DNA of 38,937 nucleotides, taken from Bacteroidales bacterium (GTDB lineage Bacteria > Bacteroidota > Bacteroidia > Bacteroidales > Paludibacteraceae). The stretch is from positions 1 to 38,937 of the forward strand of contig CAAGDU010000154.1 in NCBI GenBank assembly GCA_900768725.1, in the 5' to 3' direction. Below the pieces are notes generated by a model, which worked only from the letters and a program-made list of their open reading frames with translations, did not search any database and was not told the DNA's origin. Positions 38,903 through 38,937 of this stretch are shown here, piece after piece; the first letter of the stretch is position 1; each line of letters opens with the position of its first letter. The position numbers and the translations under genes are program-made.

Positions 38903-38937
38903 ATGAAACCTTACAAGTTTGAGCCTTATTTGCGAAC
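38903..38937 (+). CDS. 5' end of a gene truncated by the window edge (MKPYKFEPYLR...). Possibly a type I phosphomannose isomerase, but identity is unproven.
   Basis: ATG at 38903 after an AT-rich leader. The KFEP-type N-terminus resembles Bacteroides ManA-like isomerases from memory and fits the mannan context. Only 11 codons are visible. Confidence 0.25.
   Translation, partial: MKPYKFEPYLR

Overview
All calls come from reading the sequence and ORF translations and from remembered family motifs. No database search was run. The window looks like a Bacteroidales (Bacteroidota) chromosome segment: TAnnTTTG -7 promoter boxes, SusC/SusD pair, lipoprotein signals, T9SS C-terminal sorting domains. 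Every convincing gene is on the + strand. The long minus-strand ORFs are compositional shadows of GC-rich + strand genes. There are three blocks. (1) 1-2462: accessory tail of a conjugative-transposon/ICE-like element, with a small Cys-rich ORF, a small acidic ORF, an ArdC-N-like ssDNA-binding protein and an ArdA antirestriction protein. Three of these genes are followed by the same GC-rich post-stop element. Upstream lie 11-bp iterons and a ~220-bp palindromic element with outward-facing -7 boxes. (2) ~2465-4665: a sharply AT-rich two-gene island encoding an AAA_21-type ATPase plus an RloB-family Toprim-like protein. This resembles AbiL, RloA/RloB or a split OLD nuclease and is the best candidate for a poorly characterised defence module. 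(3) 4702-38745: a very large beta-mannan (acetylated galacto/glucomannan) polysaccharide utilisation locus. It holds two paralogous AraC regulators flanking a GH3, two paralogous secreted tandem-domain proteins, SusC, SusD, an IPT/TIG surface glycan-binding lipoprotein, CBM-GH5 mannanase, GH26, and two paralogous T9SS-sorted proteins of unknown function (470 and 1138 aa). It continues with GH36 alpha-galactosidase carrying an odd in-frame leader, then the GH26 / GH130 mannosylglucose phosphorylase / GPH symporter / cellobiose 2-epimerase cassette, a GH-A-like TIM-barrel protein with CBM and T9SS CTD, and a SASA-esterase::GH5 fusion. A gene start at 38903 runs off the window. Nearly every intergenic gap in the PUL contains a mosaic of recurring GC-rich hairpin modules (some G-quadruplex capable) joined to 7-8-bp AT-rich tandem arrays. 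One locus (22301-22399) has perfect 15-bp terminal inverted repeats. This modular intergenic repeat system is not explained by the gene annotation.
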